Below, piece after piece: positions 16,596 through 25,576 of a stretch of DNA of 25,796 bases; position 1 is the first letter of the stretch; each line of letters opens with the position of its first letter. Location of the stretch: assembly GCA_044868695.1 (NCBI GenBank), contig JBIOWP010000042.1, positions 1 through 25,796 of the forward strand. The letters run 5' to 3'. The translations under genes were made by a program, and so were the position numbers. The stretch comes from a bacterium. GTDB taxonomy: Bacteria > Sysuimicrobiota > Sysuimicrobiia > Sysuimicrobiales > Kaftiobacteriaceae. The notes under the pieces were generated by a model. That model had not been told where the DNA came from. It did not search any database and saw only the letters and a list, made by a program, of their open reading frames with translations.

Positions 16596-17936
16596 CTATC
16601 TCTTGTACGCTTCCCCCGCCACCCGCTCCAGGTTCTGCAGGATGGAGTTCAGCCGCGACGGGCTGCGCACGTAGTCGAGGGTGCCTTTCCAGAACGCGGC
16701 GTTGACCGCCTCGGGCATCAGGTCGCTGGCGTCGAACCGTGCGACCTCCGCGGAGGTCAGGATCTCCGCCGCCCGGCGGCTGAGCGGGTCTGGATAGTTG
16801 TCCGGGCTGACCTTGCGGTTGGGCGACAGCGCCCCGCCGCGCTTCACCCAGATGGCCTGCGCTTCCGGGGTCGTCAGGTATTTCATCAACGCGCGGGCCT
16901 GCGGCGTGTCGCGGAACATTCCGAATAGGTCCCCCGCGGCCTCCACAGCCTTCGGCACCGCGGGGTCGATCGACGGGAACGCGAAGAAGTCAAAATCCTC
17001 ACCGGGCTGCAGGTTGGGGAACTGCTTCTGGATGAAATCCTGGATGAACGTCGCCTGGTGGTGCAGGTAGCAGCTCGGCGGATCGTTGAACATCGGGAAC
17101 GGCGACTCGCCGAAGTTCGTCGTGAGCACCCCGTCCGCCCCGCCGTAGACGGACTTGGGATTGGTCGCGATCGTCCCGAACAGTTCCCACGCCCGCCTGA
17201 CCACCGGATCGGTCCAGGCGATGTCGTGCCGGTACCACCGGTCGTAGGCGTCGGGGCCCGCGGTCCGCAGCATGATGTCCTCGATCCAGTCCGTCGCGGG
17301 CCACCCGCTGGCCGCTCCGCTTTCCAGACCGATGCACCATGCCGTCTTGCCGTCCGCGGCGATGCGGCTCGTCAATGCGAGGAGCTCGTCCCAGGTCGCA
17401 GGCACCTCGAAGCCGGCGGCGGCAAACGCCTGGGGATTGTACCAGATCAGTCCCTTGAGCGCCGCCTTGACAAAGATCCCGTAGACTTTCCCATCGACCG
17501 TCCCCAGGTCGATCCAGCTCTGCGCGTACTGCTCTTTCATGGCGCCCAGATCGACCACGCCGTCCAGCGGGACCAGTTTGCCGGCCCGGGCGAACTCTGC
17601 CATCTGGCCCGGTCCCGGCAGCCCGGCAACGTCGGGTGGGTTCCCGCCTTCCAGGCGGGTGGTCAGCACGGTATTGAGGTCGCGGGTCCCTTCGAACTGC
17701 ACGCTGATGCCGGTCCGTTCCTCGAAGGGCTTCACCATCGCCAGGAAGCTCTCCAGCTCCCCGCCGCCCCAGACGCCCAAGACCGTCACCGTCCCGCCCA
17801 CCTTCTGCCCGGGCAGCACGCCGGTGCGGCGTGTGTAGGAGTACAGACCGCCGGCCAGGGCGACGACCACCACGATGATGACGATCCAGGCGATCGCGCC
17901 GAGTCCGGCCTGTGACCATCGGCTGCGTCCGGTCAT
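16596..17936 (-). CDS. Carbohydrate ABC transporter substrate-binding protein (AglE-like, alpha-glucoside cluster)
   Basis: GNPPDVA, KGLIWYN, WCIGLESGAASGWPATDWIED, HHQATF and RFDASDLMP motifs. Start set at ATG 17936 for GGAGG spacing (alternative 17942). Confidence 0.88.
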   Translation of the reverse strand: MTGRSRWSQAGLGAIAWIVIIVVVVALAGGLYSYTRRTGVLPGQKVGGTVTVLGVWGGGELESFLAMVKPFEERTGISVQFEGTRDLNTVLTTRLEGGNPPDVAGLPGPGQMAEFARAGKLVPLDGVVDLGAMKEQYAQSWIDLGTVDGKVYGIFVKAALKGLIWYNPQAFAAAGFEVPATWDELLALTSRIAADGKTAWCIGLESGAASGWPATDWIEDIMLRTAGPDAYDRWYRHDIAWTDPVVRRAWELFGTIATNPKSVYGGADGVLTTNFGESPFPMFNDPPSCYLHHQATFIQDFIQKQFPNLQPGEDFDFFAFPSIDPAVPKAVEAAGDLFGMFRDTPQARALMKYLTTPEAQAIWVKRGGALSPNRKVSPDNYPDPLSRRAAEILTSAEVARFDASDLMPEAVNAAFWKGTLDYVRSPSRLNSILQNLERVAGEAYKR

Positions 17937-17960
17937 GAGCATCCCTCCCTCTCTTCTCTG

Positions 17961-19976
17961 TTATTCCAAATCACAGTGCAACTTCACCTGCCACGACCCC
18001 TGGGGCGCCACCCGGGCCGCCCACACGCACAGGCACACCAGCCCCTGGACGATCCGCTCGAAGCCGGCTTCCGAGTTCGAGACCGTCTCCAGCGGATGCA
18101 GCCACACCTCCGCCTCAGGAAACGTCACTGTGACAACCCGCTTCCATCCCCAGTCGGAGAGCACGATCCGCCCGGCGTTCTGCACCTGCCGGGTCTCCCG
18201 GGCCGGCGCCATCTGCCCGTCGATGGCGACCGGGGCACTCGGATCGGTGATCGCCCAGACCGTTTCCACGCCGAAGCGAATGTCCAGCGCGGACTCTCCG
18301 GGATTCTCCACCAAAAAGGCCGCCGTCAGACGCGGTGTGCGGGCGCCGACGGTCAGGCGTTTCGTGATCAGCGGCGCCGTCTGCCTCTCTCCCGCTGTGC
18401 CGCTGTCGGGACGCAGCGTCACCGCGACGGCGTCGCGTGTGTGGAGCACCTTCGCCCGGTACGGGCTGGCGGCCGCGCCCTCGCGGTCGACCACCTCTCC
18501 GCGCGCGAACGCGTCCGGCGTGGCCTGGGGGTCGAGGACGTGCTCGAGGAACCCGGCGCGGCGGTACCGGTCGTAGACCAGCAAACGGTCGAGTCCGGGT
18601 TCCTTGACCCGGACCCGGGTCGTGTGAATCGTCTCCACGACCCCCGACGACGGCTCACCGGTGCCCCGCTCCAGCAGTTGGCGGTGATACGATTCGGGGC
18701 GCCGGGACAGGATATTGACCAGGTTGATCCGCTCCGCGCGCCAGTCCCACTCCACGACGCCGCCCCCGTCGGCGGGATCGACGACCACGACCATCGCCGG
18801 AGACGCCAGCTCCACTTCGTCTGCGCCGTCGCCGTCCAGGTCGGCGACCTCGGTGGTGGGCCGCCGGCCCGCGTCGGCCTGCGCCTCCGCGGCAATCAGG
18901 TGGGCGAACGTGGCGCGGCGGATGTGCGGCAGGTAAATGCCGCCGAACACACCGTGCCAGTATGGACAGTTGCACTGCCCGGCCCACAGGTCGTCCAGCG
19001 CCTGCCGGGCGCGTGGGCCCGGCCGCATGGCGTGGACCTTGCGGCTGACGCGCAGCATCCGTTTGTGCATCGTGTTAATCTCCGGATATTTGACCAGGAA
19101 CTGGCGCCAGAATCCGCCCGACCACTCCAGCATCTCCTCGTAGGAAGCCGCCGGCAGATAGACGCGTCCCGCGGCCGGCAACGCCGCCGCCTCGCCGGGG
19201 GGCATCGTCACCAACCAGTCCCCCGCGGACTCGACCGCACGGAAGAAGGACTCAACCCAACCCTGCTCCCAACACAGCGCGTGGGTCCCCGGCCACAGCC
19301 CGAACTTTTCTCCGTCGTCGCCCATGACTAAGACGGGATCCGGGATCCGGGATCTGGGATCCGGGGAAAGAAACGTGCGGAGGTAGCCGAGCACCTCATC
19401 CGGCGACTGCCACGGGATCAGATACCGCAGCCGCTTCCGGCTGGGAAAGATCTTGAGGGTGGCGCCCTCTTCTTCCGTGACGAAGTAGCCGGTCAGCACC
19501 TCCTCCGGCATGCCCGCGGCGAGAAAGTGCGTGTCGTCGACAATCGTGTACTCCACGCCGGCCGCCGCGAGCGGCTTGGGCAGGTACGGTTCCCACACAC
19601 GCTCCGCCAGCCACAACCCCGCCGGCCTGGCGCCGCACCGCCGGGCCAGATAGCCGGTGAGTTTGCGGATCTGTCCGTCTTTGTCGCGATCGGGGATGTT
19701 CGCCAGGATCGGCTCATAGTATCCGCCGGTCATGAGCTCGATCTGGCCGCCTTCCACGAGCGCGCACACCCGCGGAAAGAATTCAGGGTGGGTGTCATCC
19801 AGCCAGTCCAGGAGCGGGCCGCTGTAGTGCAGGGCGAGGCGGATGCCCCGATGGCGTTCCAGCGCCTCGAGCATGGGACGATACGCCTGGCGGTAGGCCG
19901 CTTCAAAGACGTCCGGGAAGTTGCCGACGGGCTGGTGGTTGTGAATCGCGAGCGACAGGACGACGCGGCCGGACAT
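17961..19976 (-). CDS. GH57 family 4-alpha-glucanotransferase/alpha-amylase (DUF1925/DUF1926 type), 671 aa
   Basis: HNHQPVGNF, WLAERVWEP, DDGEKFG, QCNCPYWHGVFGGIYLPH and SNSEAGFE motifs. ATG at 19976, 5 nt after the glcE stop. Confidence 0.88.
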   Translation of the reverse strand: MSGRVVLSLAIHNHQPVGNFPDVFEAAYRQAYRPMLEALERHRGIRLALHYSGPLLDWLDDTHPEFFPRVCALVEGGQIELMTGGYYEPILANIPDRDKDGQIRKLTGYLARRCGARPAGLWLAERVWEPYLPKPLAAAGVEYTIVDDTHFLAAGMPEEVLTGYFVTEEEGATLKIFPSRKRLRYLIPWQSPDEVLGYLRTFLSPDPRSRIPDPVLVMGDDGEKFGLWPGTHALCWEQGWVESFFRAVESAGDWLVTMPPGEAAALPAAGRVYLPAASYEEMLEWSGGFWRQFLVKYPEINTMHKRMLRVSRKVHAMRPGPRARQALDDLWAGQCNCPYWHGVFGGIYLPHIRRATFAHLIAAEAQADAGRRPTTEVADLDGDGADEVELASPAMVVVVDPADGGGVVEWDWRAERINLVNILSRRPESYHRQLLERGTGEPSSGVVETIHTTRVRVKEPGLDRLLVYDRYRRAGFLEHVLDPQATPDAFARGEVVDREGAAASPYRAKVLHTRDAVAVTLRPDSGTAGERQTAPLITKRLTVGARTPRLTAAFLVENPGESALDIRFGVETVWAITDPSAPVAIDGQMAPARETRQVQNAGRIVLSDWGWKRVVTVTFPEAEVWLHPLETVSNSEAGFERIVQGLVCLCVWAARVAPQGSWQVKLHCDLE
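19334..19365. repeat. Heptamer tandem repeat (CGGGATC)x4 inside the GH57 4-alpha-glucanotransferase CDS
   Basis: cgggatc cgggatc cgggatc tgggatc cggg; encodes PDPRSRIPDP. Confidence 0.85.
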
Positions 19977-19981
19977 GCAGC

Positions 19982-21286
19982 CTACAATCCGGCGACGAAG
20001 CGCCCCGGGTTCAGGACGCCGAGGGGATCGAACTGACGTTTTAGCTCGCGCATGATCGCCAGGCCCGGCGGCGGCGGCCCCCACACATCCATCGCGGCCT
20101 TGACCGGCGGTGGCGCGGCCGCGAGCACCGCGTGACCCTGGTGTTCACCGGCCAGCGAGATCAGTTTGGGGAACCACGCGGCCGCCGTGGCCGGGTCGTC
20201 GAGCGCGAGCCAGACCGTGCCCGCGCCGGCATGCGCGAGGTACCGGACCGGTCCGCCGTCCGCGAGGCGGTCGATCGAGAACAGCACGGGCATCACGCCC
20301 GCCTGCGGCACGGTCACGCGAAAGAGCGCCGGTGCGCCGCCGGCCGCGAAGTCCCGGACGCGGTCCCACACGACGTGGTGGGCATCCGCGTCCAGCGCCG
20401 TCGCGCGCATGCCGGATGCGGCCGCCATCTTCTGCACATCTGCCACATGGCGCGTCACCGACTCCGAAAACCCCTCCGCCCACACGAGGACGGCGGCCGG
20501 TGCCGCCGCAAGCCCCGCCGCCGAAGCGACCGCGCCGTTGAGGACGGTCACCGCGGCCGGAAGCAAGGGAGACGCCGAGAGCGACTCGACCAGGCGGGCG
20601 GCCTGTTCCGGCGAGCCGACGGCTGCCACGGTCGCTGCCATTTCTGGGAGGGGCGCCATCTTGAAGGTGACCTCGGTGATGACCCCAAGCGTCCCAAGGG
20701 ATCCGACGAAGAGCTTGCACATGTCATAGCCGGCGACGTTCTTCACGACCTTGCCGCCGGCTTTGATCGGCTCTCCCGACGCCAGCACCATCTTCATGCC
20801 GATGACCAGATCGCGCACCCCGCCGTACAGCATCCGCCGCGGGCCATTCGTGTTGGCGGCCACCATGCCGCCGATCGTGGCCCGGTGCGGCAGCGGCGGA
20901 TCGATGGCGAGAAACTGTCTCCCACGGTCAAGGAGCTCCTGAAACGCTGTGACGGGCATTCCTGCCTGCACGGTGGCGGTCAGGTTGGCGTCGTCGTGCT
21001 CGACGAGCGCATGCAGCCGCTCCAGGCTCAGCACCACGTCGGCGCCGGCCGGCACGTTGCCCCAGTGCATCGCCGTTCCGCCGCCCCAGGGGATGACTGA
21101 GGCCTTCGCTTCGGCGCACAGCCGCAGGACGTTGCCGATCTGGTCAGGATCGCTGGGGCTGCAGCGGACCTTCGGGATCTTGTCGTCGACCACGTACCCG
21201 GCAAGGCCGTCCGGCGAATACTCAACGGCGGCCGGGCCAAACTCGGACTCCAACCGATGGCTGAGCGCATCTACCGTTGAGATCAT
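19982..21286 (-). CDS. glcE: Glycolate oxidase FAD-binding subunit GlcE-like, 434 aa
   Basis: ATIGG, GGVRDLVIG, GGKVVKNVAGYDMCKLFVGSLGTLG and FDPLGVLNPGRF motifs. ATG at 21286 (ATGA overlap). Confidence 0.85.
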   Translation of the reverse strand: MISTVDALSHRLESEFGPAAVEYSPDGLAGYVVDDKIPKVRCSPSDPDQIGNVLRLCAEAKASVIPWGGGTAMHWGNVPAGADVVLSLERLHALVEHDDANLTATVQAGMPVTAFQELLDRGRQFLAIDPPLPHRATIGGMVAANTNGPRRMLYGGVRDLVIGMKMVLASGEPIKAGGKVVKNVAGYDMCKLFVGSLGTLGVITEVTFKMAPLPEMAATVAAVGSPEQAARLVESLSASPLLPAAVTVLNGAVASAAGLAAAPAAVLVWAEGFSESVTRHVADVQKMAAASGMRATALDADAHHVVWDRVRDFAAGGAPALFRVTVPQAGVMPVLFSIDRLADGGPVRYLAHAGAGTVWLALDDPATAAAWFPKLISLAGEHQGHAVLAAAPPPVKAAMDVWGPPPPGLAIMRELKRQFDPLGVLNPGRFVAGL

Positions 21287-22548
21287 CGCGTTTCCTGTTC
21301 GTAAGCTCGATCCAGCAAATCCATCAGATGATAGACGGGCAGCCCTGGACCGTACTGCGTCGCGCCGAAGCGCAGCTGCAGCATGCACCCGGGGTTGGGA
21401 GCGACGATCGCCTGCGCTCCGGTGCGCGCGACCGCGGCCATCTTCTCCGTGAGCAACTCCTGGGACATCTGGGGGTGGGTGATGTTGTAGATGCCGGCGC
21501 TGCCGCAGCAACGGTCCGACCCTTCCATCTCGAGCAGCCGGAGCCCGGGGATGGCGGCCAGCAGCTGCCGAGGCTGCGCGCGCACCTTCTGCCCATGGGC
21601 CAGGTGGCAGGGATCCTGGTAGGTGACGGTCATCTCGACCCGCTGCGACGGCGGCACCAGCCCGAGGCCGGCCAGGTACTCGCCGGCGTCCTTCACCAGC
21701 GCCGCCATGCGTGCCGCCGGCTCAGCGTAGTCCGGGTCGTCGCGCAGCAGGTGCCCGTACTCCTTCATCGCCGCCCCGCACCCAGCCGCGTTGACGATGA
21801 TCGCGTCCACCCCTGCATCCAGAAAGCTGCTGATGTTGCGCCGGGCCATGGACCTGGCCGCCCGCGTCTCTCCGTTATGAACGTTGAGCGCGCCGCAGCA
21901 CACCTGGCCGCGGGGGATGACCACTTCGCAGCCGTTCCGCCGCAAGACGCGGACCGTGGCGTCGTTGATCTCCGCAAACAACGTGCTCATCACGCAGCCC
22001 GACAGCAGCGCCACACGCGCGCGCCGCGCGCCGATCGCGAGTAAGACATCGGCATCCGGCGCAAAGAAATGCGGCGGGACCGGCGGCAGCATCGCTTCCA
22101 TCTGGCGCAGGCGGCGCGGCAGCACGCGGCGGGCCAGCCACTGCAGCCCCGAGCGCTGATAGAAGCGCAGCAGCCTCGCCGCCAACCGCAGCCGGCCTGG
22201 GAACGGGAACAGCTGCGTGAAGGCCAGACGGGCCAGCCACCGCGCCAGGGGCGATCCCGGCGGCCCGAGCACCTCACGCGCGGCTTCGGCGATGCGGCCG
22301 TAGTGCACGCCCGACGGGCACGCCGTCTCGCACGCCCGGCACATCAGGCACAGGTAGATGTGCTCGCCGAACCGCTCGTTGGGCTCGATGCGACCTTCGG
22401 CCGCCGCGCGCACGAGGTGAATGCGGCCGCGGGGGGACTCCGGCTCCAGCTGCGTGACGCGGTAGGTCGGGCAGTGGTTCAGGCACAGGCCGCAGTGCAC
22501 GCACTGGTCCAGCTCCGGAATATTCAGCACCGCGCCGGGGGTCGCCAT
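21283..22548 (-). CDS. glcF: Glycolate oxidase iron-sulfur subunit GlcF-like, 421 aa
   Basis: CVHCGLCLNHCP, CLMCRACETACP, CCG domains (CCGAL, CCGSAG) and YQDPCHL. ATG at 22548 (TGATG overlap). Confidence 0.9.
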   Translation of the reverse strand: MATPGAVLNIPELDQCVHCGLCLNHCPTYRVTQLEPESPRGRIHLVRAAAEGRIEPNERFGEHIYLCLMCRACETACPSGVHYGRIAEAAREVLGPPGSPLARWLARLAFTQLFPFPGRLRLAARLLRFYQRSGLQWLARRVLPRRLRQMEAMLPPVPPHFFAPDADVLLAIGARRARVALLSGCVMSTLFAEINDATVRVLRRNGCEVVIPRGQVCCGALNVHNGETRAARSMARRNISSFLDAGVDAIIVNAAGCGAAMKEYGHLLRDDPDYAEPAARMAALVKDAGEYLAGLGLVPPSQRVEMTVTYQDPCHLAHGQKVRAQPRQLLAAIPGLRLLEMEGSDRCCGSAGIYNITHPQMSQELLTEKMAAVARTGAQAIVAPNPGCMLQLRFGATQYGPGLPVYHLMDLLDRAYEQETR

Positions 22549-23996
22549 CAGATCCACAACCCCGCCGGGATTTTCGCCGGCGCGCGCCGCATCTCGGCGC
22601 AGGTGATGGGCGTCGGGAACATCTTGGCGGGGTTGAAGCGCCCGTCGGGGTCGAACGCGCGGCGCATCCTGGCCATCGCGTCCAGGTCGGCGGCGGAAAA
22701 CAGCATCTCGATGTACGCCTTCTTCTCCAGCCCGATGCCGTGCTCGCCGGTGATGCTGCCGCCGGCCGCCACGCAGGCGCGCAGGATGTCCGCGCCGGCC
22801 TCCACGACCCGGTCCAGCTCTCCCGGCGTGCGCATGTCAAACAAGATATTTGGATGCAGATTGCCGTCGCCGGCGTGAAAGACGTTGGCGATGCGCAGGG
22901 AGTACCGGGCGCTGATCGCCGCGATGTGCGCCATGATCTCCGGCAGCCGGCTGCGCGGTACGACGCCGTCCTGCACGTAGTAGTTCGGCGCGAGCGCCCC
23001 CAGCGCGCCGAACGCGCCCTTACGGCCTTTCCACAGGCGCTGCCGCTCCGCGTCATTCTGCGCGAGACGGACCTCGCGCGCGCCGTGCCGGGAGCAGATG
23101 GCCTGGACCAGAGCCGCCCCCCGCTCCGTGTACTCGCGCACGCCCTCCAGCTCCACCAACAGGACGGCTTCCGCATCGCGGGGATACCCGACCGGCGCGC
23201 CGGTCTCCACGGCCTCGATCGTCAGCCGGTCCATCATCTCCAGCGCGGCGGGCACAACGCCGGCCGCCGTGATGGCCACGACCGTCTGTGTCGCCGCGTC
23301 CATGCGGTCGAAGATGGCCAGCAGCGTCCGCACCGTTTCGCGGATCCGCATCAGCCGCACGACCGCCGTGGTCACGATGCCTAACGTTCCCTCGGACCCG
23401 ACGAACGCGCCGCAGAGATCGTAGCCGGGAACATCAGGCACGCGCCCGCCCAGCCAGACCGCTCGGCCGTCGTCGAGGACCACCTCAATGCCCAGCACGT
23501 GGTTGGTGGTCACGCCGTAGGCCAGCGTGTGCGGACCGCCGGAGTTGTTGGCGACGTTGCCCCCGATGGAGCAGGCTGCCTGGCTGCTGGGGTCAGGCGC
23601 GTAGAAGCAGCCGCCGGAAGCGACGGCCTTGCTGACGTCCTGGTTGATGACCCCCGGCTCGACGACCGAGAGGCGGTTGGGCAGATCGATCTCGCGGATG
23701 CGGTTCATCCGCGCGAGCGAGATGATCACGCCACCCTCGGCCGGCACCGCCCCGCCGGCCAACCCCGTCCCCGAGCCTCTCGGCACGATCGGTACGTTCG
23801 CCCGTTTCGCCGCCTGCACCACCGCCGCGACTTCAGCCGTATCCGCGGGGAGGACGACGACCTCCGGCATCACCTGCATAATCGAGCCGTCCTGCTCGTA
23901 GACGATCACGTCCTCCTTTTCAACGAGGACATGCTCGTCCCCGACAACGTGCCTGAGTTCGCGCACCAGACTGTCCCTGTTCGTTGAAGTCGCCAC
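22548..23996 (-). CDS. glcD: Glycolate oxidase subunit GlcD-like FAD-linked oxidase (copy 2)
   Basis: RGSGTGLAGG, APDPSS, GSEGTLG, HAGDGNLHP and GEHGIG motifs. Confidence 0.88.
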   Translation of the reverse strand: MATSTNRDSLVRELRHVVGDEHVLVEKEDVIVYEQDGSIMQVMPEVVVLPADTAEVAAVVQAAKRANVPIVPRGSGTGLAGGAVPAEGGVIISLARMNRIREIDLPNRLSVVEPGVINQDVSKAVASGGCFYAPDPSSQAACSIGGNVANNSGGPHTLAYGVTTNHVLGIEVVLDDGRAVWLGGRVPDVPGYDLCGAFVGSEGTLGIVTTAVVRLMRIRETVRTLLAIFDRMDAATQTVVAITAAGVVPAALEMMDRLTIEAVETGAPVGYPRDAEAVLLVELEGVREYTERGAALVQAICSRHGAREVRLAQNDAERQRLWKGRKGAFGALGALAPNYYVQDGVVPRSRLPEIMAHIAAISARYSLRIANVFHAGDGNLHPNILFDMRTPGELDRVVEAGADILRACVAAGGSITGEHGIGLEKKAYIEMLFSAADLDAMARMRRAFDPDGRFNPAKMFPTPITCAEMRRAPAKIPAGLWI

Positions 23997-24010
23997 GTGT
24001 CTTACCCCTA

Positions 24011-24087
24011 CGGGATCAGGGATCCGGGATCAGGGATCCGACATTCAGGCTCCACTCGTCGTTTCGGCTCCCGGCTCCCGGTTCCCG
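24011..24087. repeat. Intergenic heptamer arrays (MGGGATC)x4 and (GGYTCCC)x3 in imperfect inverted orientation
   Basis: cgggatc agggatc cgggatc agggatc at 24011-24038, and ggctccc ggctccc ggttccc g at 24066-24087. Confidence 0.8.
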
Positions 24088-24099
24088 TTGTTTCGTGTC

Positions 24100-25533
24100 T
24101 CAGGTCCACATCCCACCCGCCGCGACCGGCCTGAGGGTCACCGAGGGCGGCGTCCCCTCCGGAAAGAGCTTGCCGGGATTCATGATGCCGGCCGGGTCAA
24201 ACGCGCGCTTGACGCGCTGCATCGCCAGTAGGTCGGCGTCGGTAAACAGCCAGCGCATGTACTCACGCTTTTCGATTCCCACGCCGTGTTCGCCTGTAAT
24301 CGTGCCCCCCGCCTCCACGCAGGCGTGGAGGATCTCCTCTCCTGCCTGCACGACCCGCTCGATCATGCCGGGTTCGCGCGGGTTGAACAGGATGATGGGA
24401 TGCAGGTTGCCGTCGCCGGCGTGGAAGAGATTGCCGATGCGCAGGTCGTGCGCCTTGCCGATCGCGGCGACCCGGCGCATCACGTCGGGCAGCTTCGTCC
24501 TCGGCACGACGCCGTCGTGCAGGTAGTAGGACGGCGCGAGACGGCCCAGCGCGCCGGCTCCCTCCTTCCGCCCTTTCCAGAGCAGCAGGCGTTCCTGATC
24601 GGTCTCCGCGGTGCGCAGCAGCCGCAGGGCGTGCGTGCGGCAGATCGCCGCGATCCGGTCGATCTGGCGGGGCAGCGACTCGGGCGGACCCTCCACTTCG
24701 ATGAGCAGCACGGCGCCCGCGTCTTCCGGATAGCCGGCGTGGATGGCCGCCTCCACCGCCGCCATTACGACACCGTCCATCATCTCCATCGCCGCCGGCA
24801 CGATCCCCGCGGCGATGATGTCCGACACCGTCTGCGAGGCGTCATCGATCGTGTCGAAGACGGCGAGCACGGTGCGCACGCCCTCGCGCTTCCGCAGGAG
24901 CCTGACGACGATCGCCGTCACCACGCCCAGCGTCCCCTCGGAACCCACAATCACGCCGCCGAGGTCGTACCCGGGCGGATCAACACTGCGATGCCCCACC
25001 CACGTGATCTCGCCCGACGGCAGCACCACCTCCATCGCCAGCACGTGGTTGCCGGTGACGCCGTACGAGAGACAGTGCGCCCCGCCCGCGTTGTTGCCGA
25101 CGTTCCCCCCGATGGTGGAGACGCTCTGGCTGCCGGGATCCGGCGCGTAGAACAGCCCGAATCGCGATGCCTCCACCGTCAGTTGCACGTTGACCACGCC
25201 GGGCTCCACGACGGCCACGCGGTTCTGCGGGTCGATCTCGATGATCCGATTCATACGGGTCAAGACGAGCATCAGGCCGCCGCGGACAGGGATCGAGCCG
25301 CCGTTGAGACCGGTGCCGGCGCCCCGCGCGACGATGGGTACGCCCGCGTCGCGGGCCAGGCGCACGACTGCGGCGACTTCATGGGTGGAGGCGGGAAGCA
25401 CGACGAGTTCCGGCAGCGCGCGGGCGACAAGAAACGCATCTTGCTCGTAGACGACGACGTCTTCGGGGCGAGAGAGGACATGGGCGGGACCGACGACTTC
25501 TTGCAGGCGGGCCACCAGCTCGGCGTGGACCAT
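24100..25533 (-). CDS. glcD: Glycolate oxidase subunit GlcD-like FAD-linked oxidase (copy 1)
   Basis: RGAGTGLNGG, APDPGS, GSEGTLG, HAGDGNLHP and GEHGVG motifs. Confidence 0.88.
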   Translation of the reverse strand: MVHAELVARLQEVVGPAHVLSRPEDVVVYEQDAFLVARALPELVVLPASTHEVAAVVRLARDAGVPIVARGAGTGLNGGSIPVRGGLMLVLTRMNRIIEIDPQNRVAVVEPGVVNVQLTVEASRFGLFYAPDPGSQSVSTIGGNVGNNAGGAHCLSYGVTGNHVLAMEVVLPSGEITWVGHRSVDPPGYDLGGVIVGSEGTLGVVTAIVVRLLRKREGVRTVLAVFDTIDDASQTVSDIIAAGIVPAAMEMMDGVVMAAVEAAIHAGYPEDAGAVLLIEVEGPPESLPRQIDRIAAICRTHALRLLRTAETDQERLLLWKGRKEGAGALGRLAPSYYLHDGVVPRTKLPDVMRRVAAIGKAHDLRIGNLFHAGDGNLHPIILFNPREPGMIERVVQAGEEILHACVEAGGTITGEHGVGIEKREYMRWLFTDADLLAMQRVKRAFDPAGIMNPGKLFPEGTPPSVTLRPVAAGGMWT

Positions 25534-25542
25534 CGTAGCCCC

Positions 25543-25548
25543 ATTATA
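25543..25548 (-). promoter_or_regulatory. Consensus -10 box TATAAT 9 nt upstream of the glcD copy 1 start codon
   Basis: Minus strand reads cccTATAATggggctacgATG. A perfect hexamer is rare in such GC-rich DNA. Confidence 0.55.
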
Positions 25549-25576
25549 GGGGACCAGGGACCGGAACCGGATGGCG

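Noticed and set aside
19090..19150. Short EMLEWSGGFWRQF segment in the GH57 glucanotransferase as a possible inactivating deletion
   Set aside because: The frame is intact and all GH57 catalytic motifs are present. Loop-length variation is the simpler explanation, so it is not called a pseudogene.
24011..24087. Repeats considered as a CRISPR array or IS/MITE ends
   Set aside because: Units are 7 nt with no unique spacers, and there is no cas gene, transposase or clear target-site duplication.
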